Shown here: positions 29,703 through 37,424 of the stretch, piece after piece
Numbering within the stretch: the first letter of the stretch is position 1
How the letters are laid out: every line of letters starts with the position of its first letter
IMG/VR virus record: IMGVR_UViG_3300036770_007283
DNA: 64,000 nucleotides
DNA from: a virus
Lineage: Duplodnaviria; Caudoviricetes
Strand: one strand, 5' to 3'
Notes under the pieces: model-generated
Told to the model about the DNA's origin: nothing
Seen by the model: the letters and a program-made list of their open reading frames with translations, nothing else
Databases searched by the model: none
Made by a program: the position numbers and the translations under genes

Positions 29703-30048
29703 CTTTACCTCCAACCCAACTCGGCATTTCAAAGTTTTTGAAGATTTTCCAACTATCTCTTACTTTAACAGCAGTTATTTCCGTACATTCCTGCTTGTCA
29801 TAAAAAGCATATACAATTTTTGTAAACCCTGCCTCAGAAACCTTTGCTTCTATAAGATTAATGGTGCCAATACCCCGATAGAAACCAACCGGCAGTTCTT
29901 CTAAAGAAATAACATCCCAGCCTTTTTGTGGATGTGGCACCAAAACATTATTTTTATCTAAGCATAGAATGTGTTTATGACTCACATAGTTTTGTCCTGG
30001 CTTCCAACAGAAAATAGTTTCGCCAGGATTAGGCTTAGAATATTCCAT
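29599..30048 (-). CDS. Hypothetical protein
   Basis: ORF abutting the lysin gene. Confidence 0.55.
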   Translation of the reverse strand: MEYSKPNPGETIFCWKPGQNYVSHKHILCLDKNNVLVPHPQKGWDVISLEELPVGFYRGIGTINLIEAKVSEAGFTKIVYAFYDKQECTEITAVKVRDSWKIFKNFEMPSWVGGKDARGTGSKEDCGSNVEGSGGENLNSDSSSERSIS

Positions 30049-30833
30049 CAGGGAATGACAATTCCAAAACGATATGTTAGTGGTGTGTCTAGATTCCAGT
30101 TGTCTGCTGCCGCAACCTTAAGGATTGCAGTAACACGCTCTGCGGATCTTTGAACTAGAGGATTTGGATAAGCTTTTAGCCAAGAATATCTAGCATTCAG
30201 AAATGCTTTTGCCCAAGCCTTCTCTTCACCGCCAGTAGCAGGGGGACGCTCTGGAAATACTTTTCTGAGTGAATCAATACGACCGGGTCCAGAGTGAATA
30301 GAAGTATCATACAAAGCCAGATAGGTAAATGGCAAAGTTAACTTCATGGCAGTCCCTCTCTGAAGAACAGGAACCCAATATAACTCTTCAAAAACCTGGT
30401 CTTGTGCTTGTTGCATTAAAGGATCTTTTCCAGCCAAAGATAGAAGCTGCATTAATTCTTTAACTTCTGCAGGAGGATTTTTCGGGTCCACCTTGGAAGA
30501 GAAATTGGCAGTTAACTTTGGCAGAAACTTATCAAACTTATCAGAATGTGCCCCGCCAAGATCTAAATAGCGCATTACAATAGCATCTAAGGAGCCGCTT
30601 CTGTCAGTAGACTGATGTTTGCCATAAGAAATTCCTGCACCATCTGCTAGAACTGTAACAGTGGAATAAGCAGTAGGCGAAGGAAGCTTGCCAGTCTCGT
30701 TAATAGATAAGACGGAATCAATAACCCTTTTTTGTGTGGCACTAAGTTGCATTAAAAACTCCTTATTTTCCAGCAGAATTAGATGTATAGGTAATTCTTG
30801 CGCCATATAATTTTGTGTTTCCAACCGAGTCAT
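30048..30833 (-). CDS. GH46 chitosanase/lysozyme-fold hydrolase, candidate endolysin
   Basis: INETG...DGAGISYGKHQST; QQAQDQVFEELYWVP; LYDTSIHSGP. Confidence 0.7.
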   Translation of the reverse strand: MTRLETQNYMAQELPIHLILLENKEFLMQLSATQKRVIDSVLSINETGKLPSPTAYSTVTVLADGAGISYGKHQSTDRSGSLDAIVMRYLDLGGAHSDKFDKFLPKLTANFSSKVDPKNPPAEVKELMQLLSLAGKDPLMQQAQDQVFEELYWVPVLQRGTAMKLTLPFTYLALYDTSIHSGPGRIDSLRKVFPERPPATGGEEKAWAKAFLNARYSWLKAYPNPLVQRSAERVTAILKVAAADNWNLDTPLTYRFGIVIP

Positions 30834-31494
30834 CTGTGATCGATACTTGGATCACATAACTGTAATCTTCATAGTCTATCGTTACATTTGTTCCCAAGAC
30901 AATCTCTGCATATTCAACCGTTCCTACTATATTGAAAACACCACCACCACCAACGGAAGTAAAGGCACCAGTTGTATTATTAATCTTTCCAATGGCTACG
31001 CTAAACACATCGCCGGTATCTGACCTCTCATAAGTAAGTCCTACAGTAGAAATAACAGAGCCATCTGGAAGATCTGTAATCGGTGCCCAAACCTTTCTAG
31101 TTGTAGTGGAACGAATTTGTAAGTAAGGTGGATCTTCGATCCTAAATGAAGTGGCACCATATTCTGGCACAAAAGCAACAGCAGGATAGCTTTTATATCT
31201 AGTAACTGCATCGCCAGGTGAAATAACCGTAGGAATTCTTTCAAAGTTAAGCGCCTGTCCTCCGATCAAAACACCTTGTGCTTCGATGGTGATTGCACTA
31301 TAAGCTAGAATATCTATCTCACCACTAGGGTTGACAGCATTAATTTCTAAAGTAGAATCTGTGCTAATTAACTCAGTCTTAACTTCAGGTGAGGTGACCA
31401 AATCAGAAACTGATAAATTATCTTTAATATTTACAGTTTTAGTATCACCTACCACCTCTAGCGTGTGATCATCTGAATATCTATCCTTTGCCAT
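30763..31494 (-). CDS. Putative virion structural protein
   Basis: Thr/Ser/Val/Gly-rich, beta-strand-type composition; TGCTAATA upstream at 31535-31542. Confidence 0.5.
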   Translation of the reverse strand: MAKDRYSDDHTLEVVGDTKTVNIKDNLSVSDLVTSPEVKTELISTDSTLEINAVNPSGEIDILAYSAITIEAQGVLIGGQALNFERIPTVISPGDAVTRYKSYPAVAFVPEYGATSFRIEDPPYLQIRSTTTRKVWAPITDLPDGSVISTVGLTYERSDTGDVFSVAIGKINNTTGAFTSVGGGGVFNIVGTVEYAEIVLGTNVTIDYEDYSYVIQVSITDDSVGNTKLYGARITYTSNSAGK

Positions 31495-31508
31495 TCATTC
31501 TCCTGGGA

Positions 31509-31772
31509 TTAAAAAATCTCTCCTTTATATTTAATATTAGCATTATATCCCTCAGGAAAGATTTTAACTGACAAGTTGTTTCCCCAACATTGTCTTGCAT
31601 CAAAGATCACTTGCGCAATCTTTTGATAAGAACCGCCAAGATTCCTAACCCACTCTACGCCATTAAAAAGATCTGCTGTCCAAAGACAGCTGTTTTTAGG
31701 ATCCAAGCTAACACAAATCCAGTTCTTCATTTTAACTCCTATTTGCATATTGACGGCAATATTCATTAACAA
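31509..31772 (-). CDS. Hypothetical protein
   Basis: Short ORF in an operon. Confidence 0.5.
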   Translation of the reverse strand: MLMNIAVNMQIGVKMKNWICVSLDPKNSCLWTADLFNGVEWVRNLGGSYQKIAQVIFDARQCWGNNLSVKIFPEGYNANIKYKGEIF

Positions 31773-32271
31773 AGGCAGTTCCAGTCTGACTTGTATTTAG
31801 ACAAAAGCCTAAACCCCACATCGGGATATGAATCTTGTCAGAATTCAAAAGAATCTCTGTTGGAACACCAGACGTCTCGTTTCCTAATACAATACAATTA
31901 TGGGTTTGAAAATCAAAACTATAATCGTAAAGACTTACCGAACCTTCTGTTAGCTCAGCAGAAACCAACTGCCAATTAGATAGTTTAGCTAAAGCTAAAA
32001 AATCTGAAGGTTTGTTGTACTGCCTAAGTTCAACAAAGTCAACCAAACTACCTGAGGAATTAAACAAGGCTTTTCTAGAAGGAATTGAACCAATAACATG
32101 AATTGTACGAATACCATAACATGCTGCAGTTCTAATCAAAAAAGCTAAGTTTTCATCCAGTTGAAAGTTTACAGTAACTAGTGAGGCTGGTAAAGTTACT
32201 GCTTCTTTTTGCTTACCTAAGTATCTCTCAATTCTTGTCTCTGACCGCTTCAGCCTGCTCGCTTGCAACAT
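31732..32271 (-). CDS. SpoU/TrmH-family RNA 2'-O-methyltransferase
   Basis: ENLAFLIRTAACYG, VLGNETSGV, IHIPM.G...LNTSQ. Confidence 0.85.
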   Translation of the reverse strand: MLQASRLKRSETRIERYLGKQKEAVTLPASLVTVNFQLDENLAFLIRTAACYGIRTIHVIGSIPSRKALFNSSGSLVDFVELRQYNKPSDFLALAKLSNWQLVSAELTEGSVSLYDYSFDFQTHNCIVLGNETSGVPTEILLNSDKIHIPMWGLGFCLNTSQTGTAFVNEYCRQYANRS

Positions 32272-32677
32272 TTACAACCTCATAGCTAAACTCACCCTTT
32301 TTAAAGTGGTGAGAAAATCCTTTGCCCTCTTGGATTAATGAAGCTAATTTAATCATAAACTCATGAGTACCCTCTTCCGCCTTAGGTTGGTTAGAATACC
32401 AATATAAGCTAAGCTCTCTTGGTGAAGGCAACCATCGCTTTAAAAACTGCTCTGGTGTCATTGAGGCTAAGCTTGTAAAGTATCTTTTATAATCAGATAA
32501 TAAAGTAACATTATCAAATTCAGAATTGCCCATCTGCCTAGCAACAACCAAAGGTTTTGTATAATCAATCAAATCGGAAGGAATCCATCCATATTCAACC
32601 ACACCCTTTTCTTTGACAACCTGATGATACACATACGATTTACTTACACCAAGCTTGCTTTTGTAACCTTCCGACAT
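32228..32677 (-). CDS. Hypothetical protein
   Basis: ORF in an operon. Confidence 0.55.
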   Translation of the reverse strand: MSEGYKSKLGVSKSYVYHQVVKEKGVVEYGWIPSDLIDYTKPLVVARQMGNSEFDNVTLLSDYKRYFTSLASMTPEQFLKRWLPSPRELSLYWYSNQPKAEEGTHEFMIKLASLIQEGKGFSHHFKKGEFSYEVVNVASEQAEAVRDKN

Positions 32678-33586
32678 TTACATCCACCTTGCATAAAAGA
32701 AATTGCTCCATGCTGTATGAAACTGTTTAACCAAAACCTCGGCTAAGGTGGTAACAAAATTAGAACTAAGCTTGTCTACAAAGCCCCTCTTTTCGCCCAA
32801 GTATTTAATCTTAACAATCTCATATTTACTAATGTTCTCTAAAATATATTCATCAGAAGTCTTTAACTCATCCACAAGCTTTAGCCTAAAGGCATCTAAT
32901 CCATTCCAATGCTCACCAGTAGCAATCTCGCTAATATGCTCTGTTAAACAAGGTCGATTATGAATGATATGTTGACAAAAAGCTTGATATACGCCTAACA
33001 AATTTTCTTTAAACTTTGCTTCGCCTTCTTGCGTCAAAGGACCAAGTGGTGAAACAGTTCTTTTAAAGGCACCTGCGGTATATTGCTTATATTCCACACC
33101 TAAATTTTGCAATAGCTGAAAAAAGTTAGGAAATTCAGAAACCACACCAACCGAACCAATAATGGCCCAAGGTGAAGCTAAAATCTTGTCGGAAACACAA
33201 GCCATTAAGTATCCGCCAGATGCAGCGATTTTATCAACAGCGATAACCAACGGAATCTTGGCATTTTTAATTCTAGCAAGCTGAGCGGCAGCATAACCAT
33301 AAGTATGTGCTGCACCACCGGGAGAATTTAATCTAACAAGAACCTGATCCCCATCTTTAGCATTACAGATTACTGCTGTGATCTCGGAGGCTAGTGCAGA
33401 AGCCTGACTAGCTAGTGTATCACCCTCAAAGTCTAATACAAAGATCCTGTTAGCTTTATATTTACGACGCAAGAACTTAGGTTCTTCCCCAAGAGCTAAG
33501 CTTACATCATTAACAGTAGAAGCATAAATATCATTTAGACTAGTTACAGAGATAAAGTTCTTTTTATATTTTCCCCAATTAAACAT
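32678..33586 (-). CDS. sohB: S49-family serine peptidase, SohB-like
   Basis: VRLNSPGG, VDKIAASGGYLMAC, IIGSVGV, AGAFKRT, ATGEHW.G. Confidence 0.9.
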   Translation of the reverse strand: MFNWGKYKKNFISVTSLNDIYASTVNDVSLALGEEPKFLRRKYKANRIFVLDFEGDTLASQASALASEITAVICNAKDGDQVLVRLNSPGGAAHTYGYAAAQLARIKNAKIPLVIAVDKIAASGGYLMACVSDKILASPWAIIGSVGVVSEFPNFFQLLQNLGVEYKQYTAGAFKRTVSPLGPLTQEGEAKFKENLLGVYQAFCQHIIHNRPCLTEHISEIATGEHWNGLDAFRLKLVDELKTSDEYILENISKYEIVKIKYLGEKRGFVDKLSSNFVTTLAEVLVKQFHTAWSNFFYARWM

Positions 33587-33604
33587 AACCTATCTCCTGT
33601 TAGA

Positions 33605-33633
33605 ATTATAGCCGTGCCAAATTTTTTTCTCAA
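33605..33633 (-). promoter_or_regulatory. Sigma70-type promoter TTGAGA-N17-TATAAT
   Basis: Near-consensus boxes upstream of the sohB SD. Confidence 0.7.
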
Positions 33634-33753
33634 ATATTTTTTACATTTTTTTTCAAAAATAAAATTGTTCAAGAAAAAACTGGAAAATTAAACGGCTAAA
33701 TTTATTTTAAAAATTTTGCTTGCAAAAATGTTGCGGTGCTAGTACTAAGCAGA

Positions 33754-33817
33754 CACCAGTAATCCCCGACTGGTGAAAAGGCCAGGGATGATAGTTTTCC
33801 CCACCATCCCTGGCCTT
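33754..33817 (-). terminator. Tandem hairpins (13-bp and 7-bp stems), probable terminator
   Basis: AAGGCCAGGGATG/CATCCCTGGCCTT followed by TTTT on the minus strand, then CACCAGT/ACTGGTG. Confidence 0.6.
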
Positions 33818-33969
33818 AAAAAGCGAATCACTAAGTATATCAAAGTTGGATGGACCTGGCTGAGATTATCCTAGTAGTCGCAGAACTATTTGTTCTATTT
33901 TTTTATAGGGTTTTTGTTGTATTGGTGCCCGAGTTTAACCACCAAAATCACGGGCGGTGGGTTTCAGAA

Positions 33970-34176
33970 TCAGCCTAGATTGTTGTTTAGGAAGTTCTGA
34001 AGTGCGCGGGCTTGACGAAGGGTTAGCCGAACCTCTACATCGGAGCGATCACCGGGAACGCGGACGACTAGGCAGTTTGATAGCATCTGCTTACGTTTTG
34101 ACCCTGTGGTTAGCGCAACTTCTAGACCAGAATAATTCTTTGACTTCTCACTTGATGTTTTTGATGATGTCATCAT
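33970..34176 (-). CDS. Hypothetical protein
   Basis: AGGAGG SD. Confidence 0.6.
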   Translation of the reverse strand: MMTSSKTSSEKSKNYSGLEVALTTGSKRKQMLSNCLVVRVPGDRSDVEVRLTLRQARALQNFLNNNLG

Positions 34177-34469
34177 TTACCTCCTAGGTTAAATGGGTTG
34201 ATTGAATTTGAAAAATTCTTCTTTTTAGTTTGTTTTGGTAGTTCTTTGCACAGATCTAATTCTGGCTTTTGCATTACTGGTCGGGGAGGGCTTAAAAAAA
34301 CGTCAACTGGTGTTCCCTCTGCGATTGCTTTTTCTCTCAGGGTTGGGTGTAATAAGACTGCTACCGGAAGTCCATCTTGCCCTACCCAGGTTACTATCTC
34401 GCCCATCTTTTTATAGTGATAAACCTTTGTGCCATTTTTAACTGATGCTAAAACTTGCGAAATGCTCAA
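34173..34469 (-). CDS. Hypothetical protein
   Basis: GGAGG SD; follows a class A promoter. Confidence 0.6.
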   Translation of the reverse strand: MSISQVLASVKNGTKVYHYKKMGEIVTWVGQDGLPVAVLLHPTLREKAIAEGTPVDVFLSPPRPVMQKPELDLCKELPKQTKKKNFSNSINPFNLGGK

Positions 34470-34488
34470 TCCGCCCTCCGATGCTAGT

Positions 34489-34517
34489 AGTATAACACTT
34501 GCAATTTTTTTATTAAA
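34489..34517 (-). promoter_or_regulatory. Promoter class A: TTTAAT-N17-TATACT
   Basis: Exact 17-bp spacer. Confidence 0.7.
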
Positions 34518-34543
34518 ACAAATTCTGTATATAAGTTGGTAAA

Positions 34544-34885
34544 TTATGTTTTTGTTTTTTTGAATTTTTTCTCAAGTTCGTTTGCTAAACTTGTGAAGTC
34601 CATTTTTAAATTGTCATTATGAACTATCAGAAATGCTGTGATGCTGCTACACTCTGAATCGGAAATGCCAGCCCATTCCCTTACCTTTTGGGGTAGGTAG
34701 TTCACTTGGTTTAGATAAACCATTTTGTTGGAATAAGGATCTTGTTCCCAACTTCCCAACTCAGAAATATCGCATAGAACTCCCAAAGCACAGTAGCAAT
34801 CACCGACCCGTAAAGCACCTCTTACTTTTTTATACTTTTGTGAACGTAAGGCTTCTAGCCATTTTTCAAGGCAGGATTTTTTCAT
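34544..34885 (-). CDS. Conserved phage hypothetical protein
   Basis: KWLEALRS..Y....G.L....YCALGVLCDI, a pattern I recognise from phage ORFans. Confidence 0.65.
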   Translation of the reverse strand: MKKSCLEKWLEALRSQKYKKVRGALRVGDCYCALGVLCDISELGSWEQDPYSNKMVYLNQVNYLPQKVREWAGISDSECSSITAFLIVHNDNLKMDFTSLANELEKKFKKTKT

Positions 34886-35180
34886 GGATGACTCTAAGAA
34901 TTATATTTATATCATAACTAATGGTGAAGATTATAAAGTTGGATTTAGCAAGAATCCTAACAAAAGATTAAAGCAATTACAGACTGGCAATTCTAAAAAA
35001 CTAAAATTGATAAACGTATATCAAGTGCCAGATCGATTAGTTAGGATTATAGAAAAAGAAGCACATCGAGAAATTCGCATCAGATATGAAAAACGTGGCG
35101 AATGGTTCAAGGGTGCTTCTGAATTTTATGTTAAGCTTTTGGTAGATATGGTCTGTGAAAAATACTATCCACAGACCTAG
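34884..35180 (+). CDS. GIY-YIG/T5orf172-family nuclease
   Basis: YIYII...YKVGFSKNPNKRLKQLQTGN...EKEAH...RGEWF. Confidence 0.85.
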   Translation: MDDSKNYIYIITNGEDYKVGFSKNPNKRLKQLQTGNSKKLKLINVYQVPDRLVRIIEKEAHREIRIRYEKRGEWFKGASEFYVKLLVDMVCEKYYPQT

Positions 35181-35209
35181 TGCATTATCTACAATAAAAA
35201 CGTTGGGGT

Positions 35210-35521
35210 TTAGGCAGCCGAAATGTTTTCAATTTGCGGAAGTGACTTAACCTTTTCAATCGTATCTTTTGGAATCTTAATCTTGATTGTAGGTTGAAAC
35301 ATTCTATATTCAGAGTCTAGGGTGTATTTATCTAAACAAAAACTTCCGCCTAGATCCACTACCGCATTAAGTACCTTAAAGAAGTCAGTTTCATAAATCT
35401 TCTTTAATTCTTCGGTTCTTTTTTGACGAAGCTTGTAGTCTGAGCTGTAATTATAGGGGACTTGCTCCTGCTTGATTCTAATGGTGCAGTAGACGTACTT
35501 CTGCTCAATTTCTTGTGTCAT
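35210..35521 (-). CDS. Hypothetical protein
   Basis: Overlaps the stop of the upstream gene. Confidence 0.55.
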   Translation of the reverse strand: MTQEIEQKYVYCTIRIKQEQVPYNYSSDYKLRQKRTEELKKIYETDFFKVLNAVVDLGGSFCLDKYTLDSEYRMFQPTIKIKIPKDTIEKVKSLPQIENISAA

Positions 35522-35787
35522 TGTTTAATCACTCCTAGTACTAGTGGGTGTGCCAGAACAACATCAGTTTCTTCGTTAGTTAGCTTGGCGTAAAAAAATG
35601 GGGCGATGAAAATATTTAGTTCCCAAGAATCAAGCCAGGCGGTTCCACCAATTGCTACAATTGAATTTGTAATATTTAAAATTGTATTCAATCTATTATC
35701 TAAAAATTCTTCATAGTTTGGGGTTAGCTTTGATTCTTCTAAAATTTGGATGATATAGCAATTGCGTTCAACCATCCCGCCCCCCAT
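35518..35787 (-). CDS. Hypothetical protein
   Basis: Follows a class A promoter; the start is probably the second Met. Confidence 0.55.
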   Translation of the reverse strand: MGGGMVERNCYIIQILEESKLTPNYEEFLDNRLNTILNITNSIVAIGGTAWLDSWELNIFIAPFFYAKLTNEETDVVLAHPLVLGVIKQ

Positions 35788-35793
35788 GCAATA

Positions 35794-35822
35794 GGTATAG
35801 CAACATGGAAATAAAAATTAAA
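35794..35822 (-). promoter_or_regulatory. Promoter class A: TTTAAT-N17-TATACC
   Basis: Exact 17-bp spacer, TG in the extended -10 position. Confidence 0.65.
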
Positions 35823-35849
35823 GCATTTTATCACCATGCTTCATTAAGC

Positions 35850-35885
35850 AAGAATGGGCCAGATTTGCTGACCCATTCTTTTTTA
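35850..35885. terminator. Terminator-like hairpin after hsp20
   Basis: 9-bp stem AAGAATGGG/CCCATTCTT. Confidence 0.55.
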
Positions 35886-35895
35886 GGATTAAAAA

Positions 35896-36399
35896 CTAAG
35901 AGATTTTAATCTGTCTTGGTCTTGGCGATTCTTGTGGCTTTAGCTTTGGGATGGTTAAATACAACATTCCATCCTCAAATTTGGCCGAAATATTGGTAGC
36001 GTCTAATGTTTCAGTTAGGGTCCAAGACCTTCTAAAAGAAGACCTCTTTAATTCCCGATACAAATAGGAAGCACCACCTTTGGCCTGATCACCACCTCGC
36101 TTTTCGCCAGAGATAGTAAGTACACCTTCATGCACATCAACCGAAATATCTTCTTTCGACATTCCGGGTACTGCTGCTTCAATTACCAAAGATTCTTTGG
36201 TTTCTAAAATATCTACCTTGGGGTAGGCACCTTTTTCAAAGAAGTCTGCTCCAAATTTAGTTTGAAGACCGGGAAACTTTGATCTTACAAACTCATCAAA
36301 GATTCTATCAAACGGCATCATAAATTCAACAAACAGATCATCTCTTTTGGTATTGTTTAGTTTATTTTGACCTCTTTGAATATCATTTCTTACTGACAT
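35896..36399 (-). CDS. Small heat-shock protein Hsp20
   Basis: YPKVDILE, AAVPGMSKEDISV, LTISGEK, SFRRSWTL, AKFEDGMLYLTIPK. Confidence 0.93.
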   Translation of the reverse strand: MSVRNDIQRGQNKLNNTKRDDLFVEFMMPFDRIFDEFVRSKFPGLQTKFGADFFEKGAYPKVDILETKESLVIEAAVPGMSKEDISVDVHEGVLTISGEKRGGDQAKGGASYLYRELKRSSFRRSWTLTETLDATNISAKFEDGMLYLTIPKLKPQESPRPRQIKIS

Positions 36400-36496
36400 T
36401 TTTACTCCTAATTACCTCTTTTGAGTGTAATTTAGCTACACCATCACTATGATTGGTTCGCTATTTTCGTGCCATAATGGTCACGAAAGTTTAATG

Positions 36497-37120
36497 CTAG
36501 TCTTGGACTTCTACCACCTCAGATTGCTCTAATAGCGGTTCTGGGACGACTGGATCATCTGGGGTTCCATCACCCCAAGCATCCCATCCCTCAGCCCTCT
36601 GCCTAGCAAATAATTCAATCCTGGGCAGATCCCCAAACAGCTTGGTTATCCGCTCCCTTGTAATAGGTGGCTTAACGCTATGTCCACGTCTTGGCTCCAT
36701 CATAATCTGTGGAATGGTTTTATCCACCGCTTTAATATGCCCCCTCATTCCAAGCAAACAAATCTCTATATTGGATTTGGTATAGCTGCCCATTCCATTT
36801 AAGGGTTGACCATCCTTTTTAACCTTGACCCAAGTAAAGGCACAAGTCTTATATTTAAAGCCCCAAGACTTCATAACCTCAATAGAATCTGGTAAGGTTG
36901 GCATTGTTGCCCATAAAAATAAGGCGCAGTTTTTATCCCTTAAATCTTTGATGGGTAAATTGCAAATCTGCTGCGTAGTCATGGTATTATAATGTCTTTC
37001 TGGTGCAAAGTTTCCACCATCCTTTCCGGTTCCCCATAGGTAAGACCAAGGTGGATCTGCATAGATAATGCTATATTTGTTAGTTATTTTGCTTAGATCT
37101 TTATATCTTTTTCCTGACAT
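36497..37120 (-). CDS. MT-A70-family adenine methyltransferase
   Basis: IIYADPPW, CALFLWAT, WGFKYKT..FTWVK, HSVKP, RIELFAR. Confidence 0.9.
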   Translation of the reverse strand: MSGKRYKDLSKITNKYSIIYADPPWSYLWGTGKDGGNFAPERHYNTMTTQQICNLPIKDLRDKNCALFLWATMPTLPDSIEVMKSWGFKYKTCAFTWVKVKKDGQPLNGMGSYTKSNIEICLLGMRGHIKAVDKTIPQIMMEPRRGHSVKPPITRERITKLFGDLPRIELFARQRAEGWDAWGDGTPDDPVVPEPLLEQSEVVEVQD

Positions 37121-37121
37121 T

Positions 37122-37424
37122 TTACACCATCTTTTTTATCTTTATTAATAAATTACTATCGCCTGATATGATACGATGCCAAGTTAATTTATTAATAAAG
37201 ATTTCTTCACCTTGAATAAGTAATCTTGGAACTTGGTTGTCAAACTGAATTTTCCATCCACCTGGCTCCACAATAGTAATCAGCCTGTCTTCAAAGTCAA
37301 CATGCCACTCTAATTCTTGTTCTTGATTACCAGGAAGAAACAACCTAAAACTTCCATATTCTATATATGGCTCAGTCTCGCTTGGAGTGACTATCCCTAA
37401 TTGGTTTTCTTCCCTTTCCTTCAC
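37122..37424 (-). CDS. Cupin-like conserved phage protein
   Basis: ELEWHVD.EDR...GGWKIQFDNQVP...WHRII. Confidence 0.6.
   Translation of the reverse strand: MKEREENQLGIVTPSETEPYIEYGSFRLFLPGNQEQELEWHVDFEDRLITIVEPGGWKIQFDNQVPRLLIQGEEIFINKLTWHRIISGDSNLLIKIKKMV

Noticed and set aside
33966-33976. GGCTGATTCTG resembling the tmRNA 5' end
   Set aside because: It is the last codon and stop of the 33970-34176 ORF, and no matching tmRNA body or 3' end follows.
36410-36432. CIRCE operator upstream of hsp20
   Set aside because: The arms only partly match TTAGCACTC and the spacer is 4 nt instead of 9.
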